In this document: positions 21,401-31,086 of the stretch, piece by piece
How positions within the stretch are numbered: position 1 is the first letter of the stretch
How the letters are laid out: each line of letters opens with the position of its first letter
Source: Cyanophora paradoxa CCMP329
Lineage: Eukaryota; Plantae; Glaucophyta
NCBI GenBank assembly: GCA_004431415.1
Contig: QPMI01000346.1
Span: 1-31,086, forward strand
Length of the DNA: 31,086 nt
Direction: 5' to 3'
Translations under genes and position numbers: made by a program
Notes under the pieces: model-generated
What the model saw: the letters and a program-made list of their open reading frames with translations, nothing else
Databases searched by the model: none
What the model was told of the DNA's origin: nothing

Positions 21401-24048
21401 ACACCCCCGTCAACCTCGACCTCGAGAAGGTGCTGGGCGAGGACATGCCCAACAAGACCTTCGTCGACTCGCGCTCCGCCGGCGGCAACATCCGCGGCAC
21501 GGCGAAGCCGCTCGCGATCCCCGAGGGGACGGACGTGCGGGGCGCCCTGGAGCGCGTCCTCCGCCTGGCGTCGGTCGGCAGCAAGCGCTGGCTCACGAAC
21601 AAGGTGGACCGCTCGGTGACGGGCCTCGTCGCCCAGCAGCAGTGCTGCGGGCCCCTCCAGCTCCCCGTCTCCGACGTCGCCGTCATCGCCCAGAGCCACT
21701 TCGGCAAGACCGGCTCGGCGATCGCGATTGGCGAGCAGCCGATGAAGGGCCTGGTGGACCCGTCGGCGATGGGCCGCATGTCGGTCGCCGAGTCGCTGAC
21801 GAACCTCGTGTGGGCGAGCACGACCGGCCTCAGGGACGTCAAGTGCTCCGGCAACTGGATGTGGGCCGCCAAGATGCCCGGCGAGGGCGCCGCGATCTAC
21901 GACACCTGCGCCGCCATGGCCGACTTCATGATCAAGGCGAGCGAGCGCCCCCTCGGAGCACCTCTCGCTCCGCCCTCCCCGCCCGCGCTGAGCGGGGGGC
22001 GCGGCGCCGCAGATCGGGATGGCGGTGGACGGCGGGAAGGACTCGCTGACGATGGCGGCGCGCGCGCCGCTGCCGGACTCGACGGAGACGGAGACGGTCA
22101 AGGCGCCCGGCACCCTTGTCATCTCCGCCTATGTCACTTGCCCTGACGTCACCAAGACCGTCACCCCGGACCTCAAGGCCCGCCCCCGGCCCTCCTCCCC
22201 TCCCCTGCCCGCCCCGCCTCGCCGCTGGCTGAGCCGGGGCGCGCGCAGCTCCCAGGGCGTGGCAAGCTGCTCTTTGTGGACCTCTCGGGCGGCAAGGCGC
22301 GCCTGGGCGGCTCGGCCCTCGCGCAGGTCTTCTCCCAGGTGGGCAACGAGGTGCCCGACGTGGAGGAGCCGGAGAAGCTCGTGGCGGCCTTCGCGGCGGT
22401 GCAGCAGCTCGTCGACCGGCGTCTGCTCTCGGCCGGGCACGACCGCTCTGACGGCGGCCTGGTGACGGCGCTGCTGGAGATGGCCTTCGCGGGCAACTGC
22501 GGCATCGACGTGGAGCTGAGCGGCCCCGCCGGGGGCGAGATCGCGGCGCTCTTCGCGGAGGAGCTCGGCCTCTGCCTCGAGGTGGCGCCGGAGAACGAGG
22601 CGGAGGTGACGCGCGTGCTCAGCGAGGCCGGCGTGGCGGTGGCGGCCGTCGGCAGCGTCGTGGAGGGCCACGGCGTGCGCCTCTCGTACAACGGGCAGGC
22701 GGTGCTCGAGGCCGACGCCCGGGACCTGCGCGACGTCTGGGAGGAGACCAGCTTCCAGCTCGAGCGCCTGCAGAGCAACCCCGAGTGCGTGCAGAGCGAG
22801 CAGGAGACGCTGCGCGAGCGCACGGGCGTCAAGTACGTGCTGCCCTTCCAGGGCACGGCGACCCCGGCGGAGTACATGAGCATGCCGACGGCGCCGCTGG
22901 GGACGCCGACGGGGAGCACGCACAAGCCGCGCGTGGCGATCATCCGCGAGGAGGGCTCCAACGGCGACCGCGAGATGTCCTCGGCCTTCCACATGGCCGG
23001 CTTCGACGTCTGGGACGTCACGATGTCGGACCTGAAGAGCGGGCGCATGCACCTGCGCGACTTCCGCGGCATCGCCTTCGTCGGCGGCTTCTCGTACGCC
23101 GACGTGCTCGACTCGGCCAAGGGCTGGGCCGGCTCCATCCGCTTCAACGAGACGCTCCGCGGCCAGTTCGACGAGTTCCACGCCCGTCCGGACACGTTCT
23201 CCCTCGGCGTGTGCAACGGGTGCCAGCTCATGGCCCTCCTCGGCTGGATCCCCGGCAACCGCCCGCACCGGCCCTGGATGGACAAGTACCGCGACGAGGA
23301 GGAGGAGGCGGCGCAGGCGGCGGCGGCGAGCCGGCCCTCGTACCCGGAGCCCGGCGTGACGACGCCGCGGTTCGTGCACAACGCCTCGGGCCGCTTCGAG
23401 TCGCGCTGGAGCGCGGTCCGCGTCGAGGAGGACTCCCCCGCCATCATGCTCAAGGACATGGGCGGCGCCACGCTCGGCGTCTGGTCCGCCCCGCCCCGCC
23501 GCCCCCCCCCCCCCCCCGCCCCCAGCTCTCAAGCTGACGCGGCGGGGCGGTGCGGCGCAGGGTCGCGCACGGCGAGGGCCGCTGCTACTTCCCCCTGACG
23601 GCGAACCGCGTGGGGATCCCCTACTGGGTGCTGGACCACGGGCTCGCCCCCATCCGCTACGTGGACGACGAGAACGAGCCGACGACGGTCTACCCCTTCA
23701 ACCCGAACGGCTCCCCGCTCGGCGTCGCCTCGCTCTGCTCCCTGGACGGCCGCCACCTCGCCCTCATGCCCCACCCCGGTCCGCATCCGCCCTGCCCCCC
23801 GAGATGTCCGCGCCCCGCGCTGACGGCGCCGTAGAGCGCGCGGTGCTCAAGTGGCAATGGTCGCACAAGCCGGCCGAGTGGCGCGGTGAGAACGGCGACG
23901 ACCAGCTCGCGCCCTGGATCAAGGCGCGCACCCCCGGCCCCGGCCCCGGCCCCGCGCCCCCGGCCCCGAGCTCTGACGCCCCTGCTTGCAGATGTTCCAG
24001 AACGCTCGGGACTGGTGCGCCAAGACCGCGGACCAGAGCCAGGCGTGA
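18407..24048 (+). CDS. purL: Phosphoribosylformylglycinamidine (FGAM) synthase, large single-chain PurL type, with an organellar transit peptide; 15 exons
   Basis: Motifs EVGPRMSFMTAWSTNA, AQSNSEHSRHWFFKG, AETHNFP, GAETGAGGRIRD, DQGAGG, REEGSNGDREM, FVGGFSYADVL, the catalytic GVCNGCQ and MPHPER; ends MFQNARDWC..QA*. Introns: 18791-18893, 19296-19358, 19485-19539, 19669-19741, 19829-19888, 19952-20021, 20093-20161, 20229-20292, 21139-21195, 21937-22012, 22178-22248, 23484-23560, 23779-23834, 23924-23991. Confidence 0.97.
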
Positions 24049-24588
24049 GGGGCGCCCGCTCCCCGCTGCCATCCCACTTTTTCAGCCCTCGCCGCCCCCC
24101 GCGCGGCCGCCGTGCCGCCGGCTCTCAGCACCCTCTGAACCCTTTCAGCCCTCCTCTTAGTTAATTGAACCGTCCCGTCGTAGCTTCACCAGCGTTATAA
24201 AGTCCTCTGTAGATCCAGTGGCGACTCCTCTTGTGTTTTTGAGAGCTAGGTGCTTGCGTTTTGAAAGAATATGATATCACCAGACAGTGGAGCTGAAATC
24301 ATGAATCTAAGTGGTCTTAGGGAGCGTCCCGGAGCGAGACCGCGAGGGACTGAATTTAGGGCGCGCCCTGCAGCTTGTTGATGTTTGCGGGCGCTGGCAG
24401 CTGCAGCTGCAGGTCGGCCCCGCGGCCGGGCGGTGGCGCCTCGGACGAGGAATCGAAACGCATTATGATAAAACACTACGATACAATGACGCGCGGACGA
24501 CGCGCGCGCGTCGCCGGCTCGCTGACCGCACCCATGCGCCTAATACGCCAGCGCGCGGGTCGCTCACCGGGGCCCGCGGCGGGGGCGC

Positions 24589-25131
24589 TTAATCTGCGCA
24601 AAGGTAGGCGTTAGTGCTTGCGGGCGGCGCGGTTGACGGGTCGCTTGCCCCGGTGGTGCAGCTTCTCCTGCGGGCGTCGCGCGTGAGTCGAGCGGGGGAT
24701 GGGCAGCGCGGAGCGCGGAGCGCACCTGCTCGAAGAGATAGTTTCCGCCGAAATACAGGACGGCGCCGTAGAGGAGGCCCGGAGTCACATCCTTCCAGTT
24801 CTCAGACACCTTCTTCTCCGCCTTGGCGAAGGCGTCGCCGAGGAAGCTCTTGCCGAACACCTTCATCTCGAAGGGCGAGGTGTAGTACCTGCCGGTCGCG
24901 CGTCAGCCCCGGCGGCCGTCGCGTGGATCGCGAGTCTATGCCGATGTTGCGCTAGGGTCGGCGAAGCGTCCGGTGTCTTCGGCCCGCTCAGGCATCGCTA
25001 GCTGCCACCATATGTGCTAATAGGCCGGCCGCAAGGAACGGGCTGCTCGCGGGCGGGCCGGGAAGCGTGAGCACGCATATAACGCACTCCACGACGCCCT
25101 TCATGCGGATGGCGATCTTCTCCTTGCCCAT
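24589..25131 (-). CDS. QCR8: Cytochrome bc1 complex subunit 8 (QCR8/UQCRQ), plant/algal type
   Basis: Exons 25131-25088, 24888-24726, 24667-24649 and 24593-24589 give MGKEKIAIRMKGVVEYYTSPFEMKVF..KKVSENWKDVTPGLLYGAVLYFGGNYLFEQEKLHHRD*. This matches the plant QCR8 pattern (MGK..V.Y.LSPF.QK..KVSENW..EKL.HR). Confidence 0.88.
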
Positions 25132-25301
25132 GGTTATCCTGCGAGCGGAATCGGTGCCTGGGGCGGACTGGGGCGGCACAGCTGGCCGACCGTGAACTAC
25201 CGAGACTGTACCCCCGCGCGGTCGCCGCTGCGACGCCGCAGCGCCGCCGACGCCGCGACGACGCCGCCGCAGCCGATGCATCCTTCCGCGTAGCTCGGAT
25301 C
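25132..25301. promoter_or_regulatory. Putative bidirectional promoter, QCR8 / Sfi1-like gene; probably includes a QCR8 5'-UTR intron
   Basis: 170 bp separate the ATGs. On the minus strand an acceptor-like CGCAG lies 7 nt before the QCR8 ATG. Confidence 0.45.
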
Positions 25302-28300
25302 ATGAATTTCTCGACCTCTTCGGAGGCCACGCCAAGCGAAACTGCTCGGCGGGACCTAGACGTCGACGACGAGCTCGAGAGGGCGAGCGTTTCCTCCTAC
25401 GGGGCTGACGCGTCGGGCTTTCACCCCTTCGCCTCGACGAGGCCAGGTAAGCGGATCACCCGCGCGCGCCACCTGCAGGTGATGCTGCTTTGCCGCACAG
25501 GGAAGCCGCCGCGCCTATCGGGCCCAGCGCAGCAGCGAGCACGACCGGTTTCGCACGCTGCCGTATCTACGCGGCCGCCGACGCTCTCCCTCAGCAGCAG
25601 CTCAGCGGGAAGCATGATCATGAGCCCGGCCCCGCAGCCTCCCGCGGAGGAGTCGGAGCAGGTGCTGCCGATCCCGCCTCCGCCGCCGTCTCCCACAAGC
25701 ACTCTGCGCACGAGCGGCGCGGCGCCGCTCCCGGTTGCGTCGGTGCTGCCGGCGGCGCGGCCCTTCGCCGTGAACAGCTCGATCGCTTCGTCTATCTCGG
25801 CCTCGCCCCTGGATGAGTCCGTCTTCTCATCGCCCTCGGGCCTTATCCGCCGCGGCGAGCGCGAGCGCCGGCAGCTGCGCGAGACGGGGCGAGCGGAGCC
25901 CCTCGCGCCCCCGGCCCGCAGCCCCGCCGCGTCGGAGGAAGACGGGCCGCGGCCCTCCGCGCCCCGCGCCGCGGAGCAGAGCTTTGCCTCCACGTCCTCC
26001 TCCGCCCCCGTACCCCGCCGCCCGCCCTTCTTCGGCGACGCGCCCTCCCCGACGCCCCGCCCCCCGCTCCCGCCGCCCCCGCCCGAGCCCTCCGACTCGC
26101 CCGTACCCCCGAGACGGCCCCTCCCGCCCTTTCCCCCCGCAGCTTCCTCCTCGGAGCCGGCGGCCGCGCCCCCGTCCCTCGCCGTACCCCTCCTGCGGCC
26201 GGGGGGCTCCCCCGCGCACGCCCCGCCCCCCGCTTCGCCCTCATCCGGCCCCTCGGCCGGGCCCCCGCGCCTGCCCCCGCTCACCACCTCCCCGGGGGCC
26301 GTGCGTCTGCATCTTGAACCGTCCCATGCCCGTCTCCCCCTACCCCTCTCCCTCACGCTCGTGTACCCCGGCAGCGGGACGAGGCGACGCGTCTTGCGCT
26401 GGAGCTCGCGGACGCGCTGCGCGAGTCCAAGTTCCGCGAGCAGCAGGCCGCCGCCCTCCACCGCGACCTCGGCGCGCCGTACCCCCCGCGGCTCCTTCCC
26501 CCCTGTCTCTCGTCGACCGGGGTACAGAGGCGGCGAAGGACGTGATCGCGCGGCAGAGCGAGGCGATCGAGGGCCTGAGCCGCTCCCTCCGTGCGCGCCC
26601 CCTTGCCCGTTCCGCCTTTGTGTGGGCCTGGGGTGCGACGCGCCTGCGCAGATGATGCGGCCGATGCCGGCGGCTCGGAGCGGGAGTACAGCGGTGCGTC
26701 CAGTCGTCCACTCGCCTCTATTCTTCCGGTCGCGCCCTCCGACCGAGCGCCAGACGGGGGCCCGAGGCCGGGGCGGCGGCCGCGGCGGATCTGGGGCGGG
26801 CCGGAGGACGAGGAGGAGGATGATGCCCCGTCAAGGGAGTGGCCGAGGGATCCTCCGGGGCTGGGCGAGACGCGGGCGGCCCCGCTGGCGTGGAGCGAGG
26901 GCGAGGGCGACGCGGAGGAGGCCGGCGACGCCGCCCCGGAGGCCCCGCGGCCGCGCCCGACGCCGCCGCGGCCCGAGGCGCGGGCCCCCGCCCCCTCCTG
27001 GTCCGACGACGGGGCGTCGGAGGCGGGCGGAGGCGGGGCGGGGGGCCGGCGCCGGCGCGCGCCGCCCCCTCGGACGACGACGAGAGCTTCCTGGAGGGCG
27101 CGCGCCCCTCCCCAGGCGCCTCGCGGCCTCGTACCCCGACGCCGAGGCGGCGGGCCGGGGGCGGGGGAGCGGCTGGCGGCGGCGGAGGCGGCGCTGGAGC
27201 GGGAGGCGGAGGCGCGGGGCCGGGCGGAGGAGGACTGCGCGCAGCTGCGCGCCGCCCTGCGCGCCGCCGACGACGAGGCCGAGCACGCCCGCGCCGACGC
27301 CGAGGCCCGCCCCCGACCTCCTCGCCCCTCCCGCAGGCGCCCTCTGACGGGCCGGCGCGCAGCGGTGCCGGCGGGAGGCGGAGGAGGTGGCGGCGGCGGC
27401 GCGGCGGGCGCGGGCGGAGGCGGAGGAGGCACGGGAGGAGGCGGCGCGGGCGGGCGCCGAGCGCGACGAGTGGGCCCGTGAGGCCCGCCGAGTGCGCTCC
27501 GCCCCTCGCCGCCCCCTCTCCCGCCTGAGGGGCGGCGGGGCAGCTCGGGGCGGGGCGGGAGGAGGCGGCGCGTGCGGAGCGGGATGCCGCCGAGGCGCGC
27601 GAGGAGGCCCGGTGCGCCCCACCCGCCCGCCCCGCCCGGTCGAGGTCGCCGCCGACGCGGCAAAGGGCTGCCGCCGCGGAGGCGGAGCGGCTGCGGGCGG
27701 CGCTCGAGGAGGCCGCCGCGCGGGGCCGGGTGCGCGTCTCGCCGCCCGAGCGCGCCTCCTGCAGGCGCCCCTCTGAGAGCGGCGTCTCGTGGCGGCAGGC
27801 GCTGCAGTCGGCGCTGGAGGCGGCGGCGGGGGACGCGGCGCGGGCGCACGGGCTGCGCGCGGCGCTGGAGAACGTGGCGCGCGCGCTCGGGCCCGGCTCG
27901 CCGGGGCTCGAGGGCGAGGGGGCCGCGCTGGCGCCGGCCCTGCTCGACGCCCTCGCCTCGCGCGACGCCGAGATCGAGCAGCTGCGGGCCTCCTTCACCG
28001 CGCACAAGGCCGAGATCGCCGAGCTCCGGGTCCGCGCCCCCGGCCCCCCTCCCGCCTCGACCCTCGAGCCGGGGCGCCGGGCCGGGCAGGAGGCCGTGGA
28101 GGCGGCGCGCGGGGAGGAGGCGGCGGCGCGGCGGGAGCTGCTCGACACGCGCCGCGCCGCCGACGCCCTCCGCGTGCAGGCCGACTCTGCCGTCCAGGCC
28201 CGCGCATGACCCGGCCGCGGGCCGCGCGGCGCGTGGCTCTTCTGAGCCCGGGGCGCCGGCAGGTGGCGGAGGAGGTGCAGGAGCAGCACGCCGCCCTCGC

Positions 28301-31086
28301 CGCCCGCGCCCGGGAGCAGGCGCGCCGCCCCGCCCCGCCCGCCCCCTCCGCCGGCCCCTCCTCCGAGCGCCGGGGCGGGGAGCGCAGGAGGCGGCGCTGG
28401 AGATGGCGGAGGAGCGGATCCTGGCCGCCTCGCGCGCCTCCCTCGCGCGCCTCCACGCCCGCTCCCTCCGCCGGCCCCTCGCCGCCGCCTTCCGCGCGTG
28501 GCCGCCTGGGCCCCCCGCCGCCGCCGCGCCCGCGCCCTCGAGGCCAAGGTCCGCCCCCGCTCCTCGCGGTGTAGGCTTCCATTCCGGTCCCAGCGGGAGG
28601 CGGCGCAGGCGCGGGCGGCGAGCGGGCGGGCGGCACTGCGGGCGGCGCTGGGCGAGTGGGCGCTGGAGACGCGCGCGAAGACCACCGGCTCCATGCGGGC
28701 CAAGGCGCGCCGCGCCGCCCCGCCCCGCAGCCCTGCGCCAGCTTCGCGCTCTGAAGGCGCCGGCAGGTGGAGGAGGCGAGGACGGGCTTCGAGCAGGTCC
28801 CCCGCCCTCCCTCCCTGCTCGCGCCTCCGCCCACCCCCCTCCGAGCCGAGCTGGAGCGCGCGGGCGCGGCAGGTGGCGCGGGACGTGGCGCAGCTGCGCT
28901 CCGACGCCCACCGCCGCCTCGAGCGCGCCCGCGTCGTGGTACCCAAACCTTCTCCTTTCTCGCGCCTCCCCCCCGTCGAGCGTGCCCCTTGTCGCCAGGC
29001 GCTCTCCGGCTGCCTGCGGCGGCTGCTCTCCTCGGACCTGCGCGGGGCCTTCGGCGCGTGGGCCGCCTGGGCCCTCCCCCGCGCCGCCCGCCGGTGGCGC
29101 CTCCTCCCGCCGGCCCTCTCTCCTCCGCGCTTTGCTGAGCGGCCGGCAGGCGGGTGGTGGCGCGGGCCGCCCGGCGGCGCGTGCGGGCCCTCTTCGAGGC
29201 CGCCTTCCCCGCCTGGCGGGCCCGCGCCTCTCCCTTTCCGCCCCCGTCTTCCCTGCGCTCCTGACGTGGGGCCAGCGGTGGGCGGGGAAGCGGCGGCGGC
29301 GGCGGCTGGTGGACGGGGAGGCGGAGGGCCTGCGCCTCGCCGCCCTCAAGCGCTCCTGCTTCGCCGCCTGGCGGGTGCCTCCGCGTGCACGCGCGCCCTC
29401 GCGGGGCGGGGCGAGCGAGCGGCGGGAGCAGCGGGGCGCGGGGGGCGGCGGGTGGAGGGCGTGCTGGCGGAGGCCGACTGGCTCGCCCGCGAGCTCCGCC
29501 GCTCCGAGCTGGTGCCCGCCCCCGCGCCCCCGCCCCTCTCTGCCCTTCCATCCGCCCCGCTCCTCCCCGAGCGTCCCCCGGGCAGCGCGAGGAGGGGGCG
29601 CGGGGGCGGGAGGAGGAGGCGCGGCGGGAGCTCGAGCTCGGGCGCCTCGCCGTCGCCGCCGCCGCCGACGCCGCCGAGCGCGACGCCCGCCGCGCCGCCC
29701 GCGCCGCCGCCGCCGTCGCCCGCACCGCCGAGCGCGCTTCCGCCCGCCCGCTGCTCCTCGCGGCCTTTGGCGCCCTGCGGGCCGCCGCGCGCGGGGCCCG
29801 CGCCCGCACCCGCCGCGCCGAAGCGTGCGCGGCCCGCACCCCCCCCCTCGAATTTTACGCTTCGCCGCCCGCCCACCGAGCGTCCCGCAGGGCGGAGGCG
29901 CGGAGGGCGCTGGGATCCCTGCGGGGGGCGCTGCGGGCGTGGCGGGGCGGGGCGGCACGGGCGGCAGCGGAGGGGCGGGCGGGGCGGGCGGCGGAGGCGA
30001 TCGAAGGCCGCTTCGCTGCGACGTGCGCCATGTGGCGCTGGTCCCGCCACCTCGCCTCATCCCTCCGGTGACCGCTCCGCATCTCTTTGCCTCTTTCGAC
30101 TCGATTCCCTCCCTTCGGCATCTCCTAGGCCCCCAGCGCTCCCCTGTAGTCTTATGCTATCTCGCGCGGTTCTTTCCGTCTTCCTTTGACTCTTCCTTCC
30201 TTCTGGCTTTCCCTTCTGCTCCGGAGCTCACGCGCCGCGGCAGGGAGCGGGCGCGGGAGGCGGAGGCGGGGCTGGAGGCGGGGCTCGGGGAGTGGCAGCG
30301 GCGGGAGCGGGAGCGGGGGGAGGCCGTGCGGCGGGAGCAGCGCGAGCTCGCCCTCCGCCTCGACGCCGCCGAGGCCGCCCGCGACGCCGCCCGCGCCGCC
30401 GCCCTCCGCTGGGCCCCGCCCTCCGCCGCCGCGCCGTCCGCCCCCCGCCGCGCTCGCCGAGTGCAGGTGGATCCGTGACGCGCGCGCAGGAGCTGGCGCG
30501 GTGCCTGGCCGGCTGGCGGGCGGCGTCGCTGCGGGCGGGCGTGGCGGGTGGCGCGGGCGGCGGAGCGCTGGCGGGGGGGCGGCGGGCGAAGGAGGCCGCC
30601 CTGCGCGCCTGGCGCGTCGCCTTCCTCCACGCCCGCCTCGCCCGCGTCCGCTCCCCCCGCTCCCCTCCGAGGTCTCTCCCTCCGCTGAGGGCGGCGAAGG
30701 CGGAGGAGGAGGGGCGCGGGGTCGGGGAGGAGCGGGGCGGCTCGGGGCGGCGCTGCGGGAGGCGGAGGGGCGCCTCGCGGGGCGGCCGACGAGCTCGCCT
30801 CCCTCGAGGCCGCCTGCGGGCCCTCCAGGTGCCCCGCCCCCCCCGCCCCGAGCCGCCTCCCACCCTCTCACCGCCCGCCGCCCCAGCGCCGCGCCGAGGT
30901 GGCGCGGGGCGGGCACCTGCGGGCCCTGCTGGAGGCGCGCCGGCGGGCCGCCTGAGCCGCCCCCTCCTCGCGTGGCGCTCCGCCGCCGCCGGCGCGGCGC
31001 ACCGGCGGGCGCGCGCCTCCTCGCGTTGTTGCCACCACTTGGCCTGCCGTCTGAGGCTCGAGGGGCGGCAGGAGGCGGCGGTGGGG
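25302..31086 (+). CDS. Large multi-exon protein (3' end outside window): Pro/Ser-rich N-terminus, coiled coil, then Sfi1-like Trp repeats (putative centrin-binding protein)
   Basis: Coiled-coil exons (EAALEREAEARGRAEEDCAQLRAAL; RDAEIEQLRASFTAHKAEIAELR) are followed by repeated L..AF..W[RA] motifs: PLAAAFRAW, LRAALGEW, LRGAFGAW, LFEAAFPAWR, LKRSCFAAWR, LRGALRAWR, AALRAWR. The exon structure is only partly resolved. Confidence 0.6.

Noticed and set aside
24268-24357. Possible C/D-box snoRNA between FGAMS and QCR8 (ATGATAT..CTGA..ATGAAT..CTGA)
   Set aside because: Box C deviates from RTGATGA, the terminal stem is weak and there is no convincing guide next to D/D'. It is more simply AT-rich 3'-UTR/terminator sequence. 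A snoscan or cmscan hit would reverse this.
1-31086. Prokaryotic operon, CRISPR array, defence system, tRNA/rRNA genes, stop-codon recoding
   Set aside because: The genes are clearly spliceosomal-intron-containing. I saw no repeat-spacer array, cloverleaf or rRNA-like sequence. The in-frame stops I examined are explained by introns, so no selenocysteine or alternative code is needed.

Overview
A compact, very GC-rich eukaryotic nuclear region, not prokaryotic. Ten intron-rich protein-coding genes lie mostly in alternating orientation with short spacers. In order: (+) a 5'-truncated protein with three divergent AP2-like repeats and a polyP/polyQ tail; (-) a TrhO/UPF0176 rhodanese-family protein; (-) a signal-anchored Methyltransf_24-type SAM methyltransferase; (+) a zinc-ribbon/BTB-POZ protein; (-) RPAP1; (+) a membrane-anchored cupin; (-) a CDA-fold Zn-dependent deaminase; (+) FGAM synthase (large PurL type); (-) complex III subunit QCR8; (+) a 3'-truncated coiled-coil protein with Sfi1-like Trp repeats. 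Most long ORFs in the supplied track are GC-content artefacts. The real proteins only appear after manual splicing of short introns (mostly about 50-110 nt). Transit-peptide-like N-termini without a signal peptide and a plant-type QCR8 suggest an alga with a primary plastid; a glaucophyte such as Cyanophora is my inference, not verified. The most notable signals are (1) a high fraction of GC-AG introns (5 of 14 in FGAMS, all AAG|GC) with a G[TC]SCG-type donor, (2) a triplicated AP2-like module with a conserved C-terminal extension and conserved exon lengths, and (3) a deaminase head-to-head with FGAM synthase. All exon models were built by eye and need RNA-seq confirmation.
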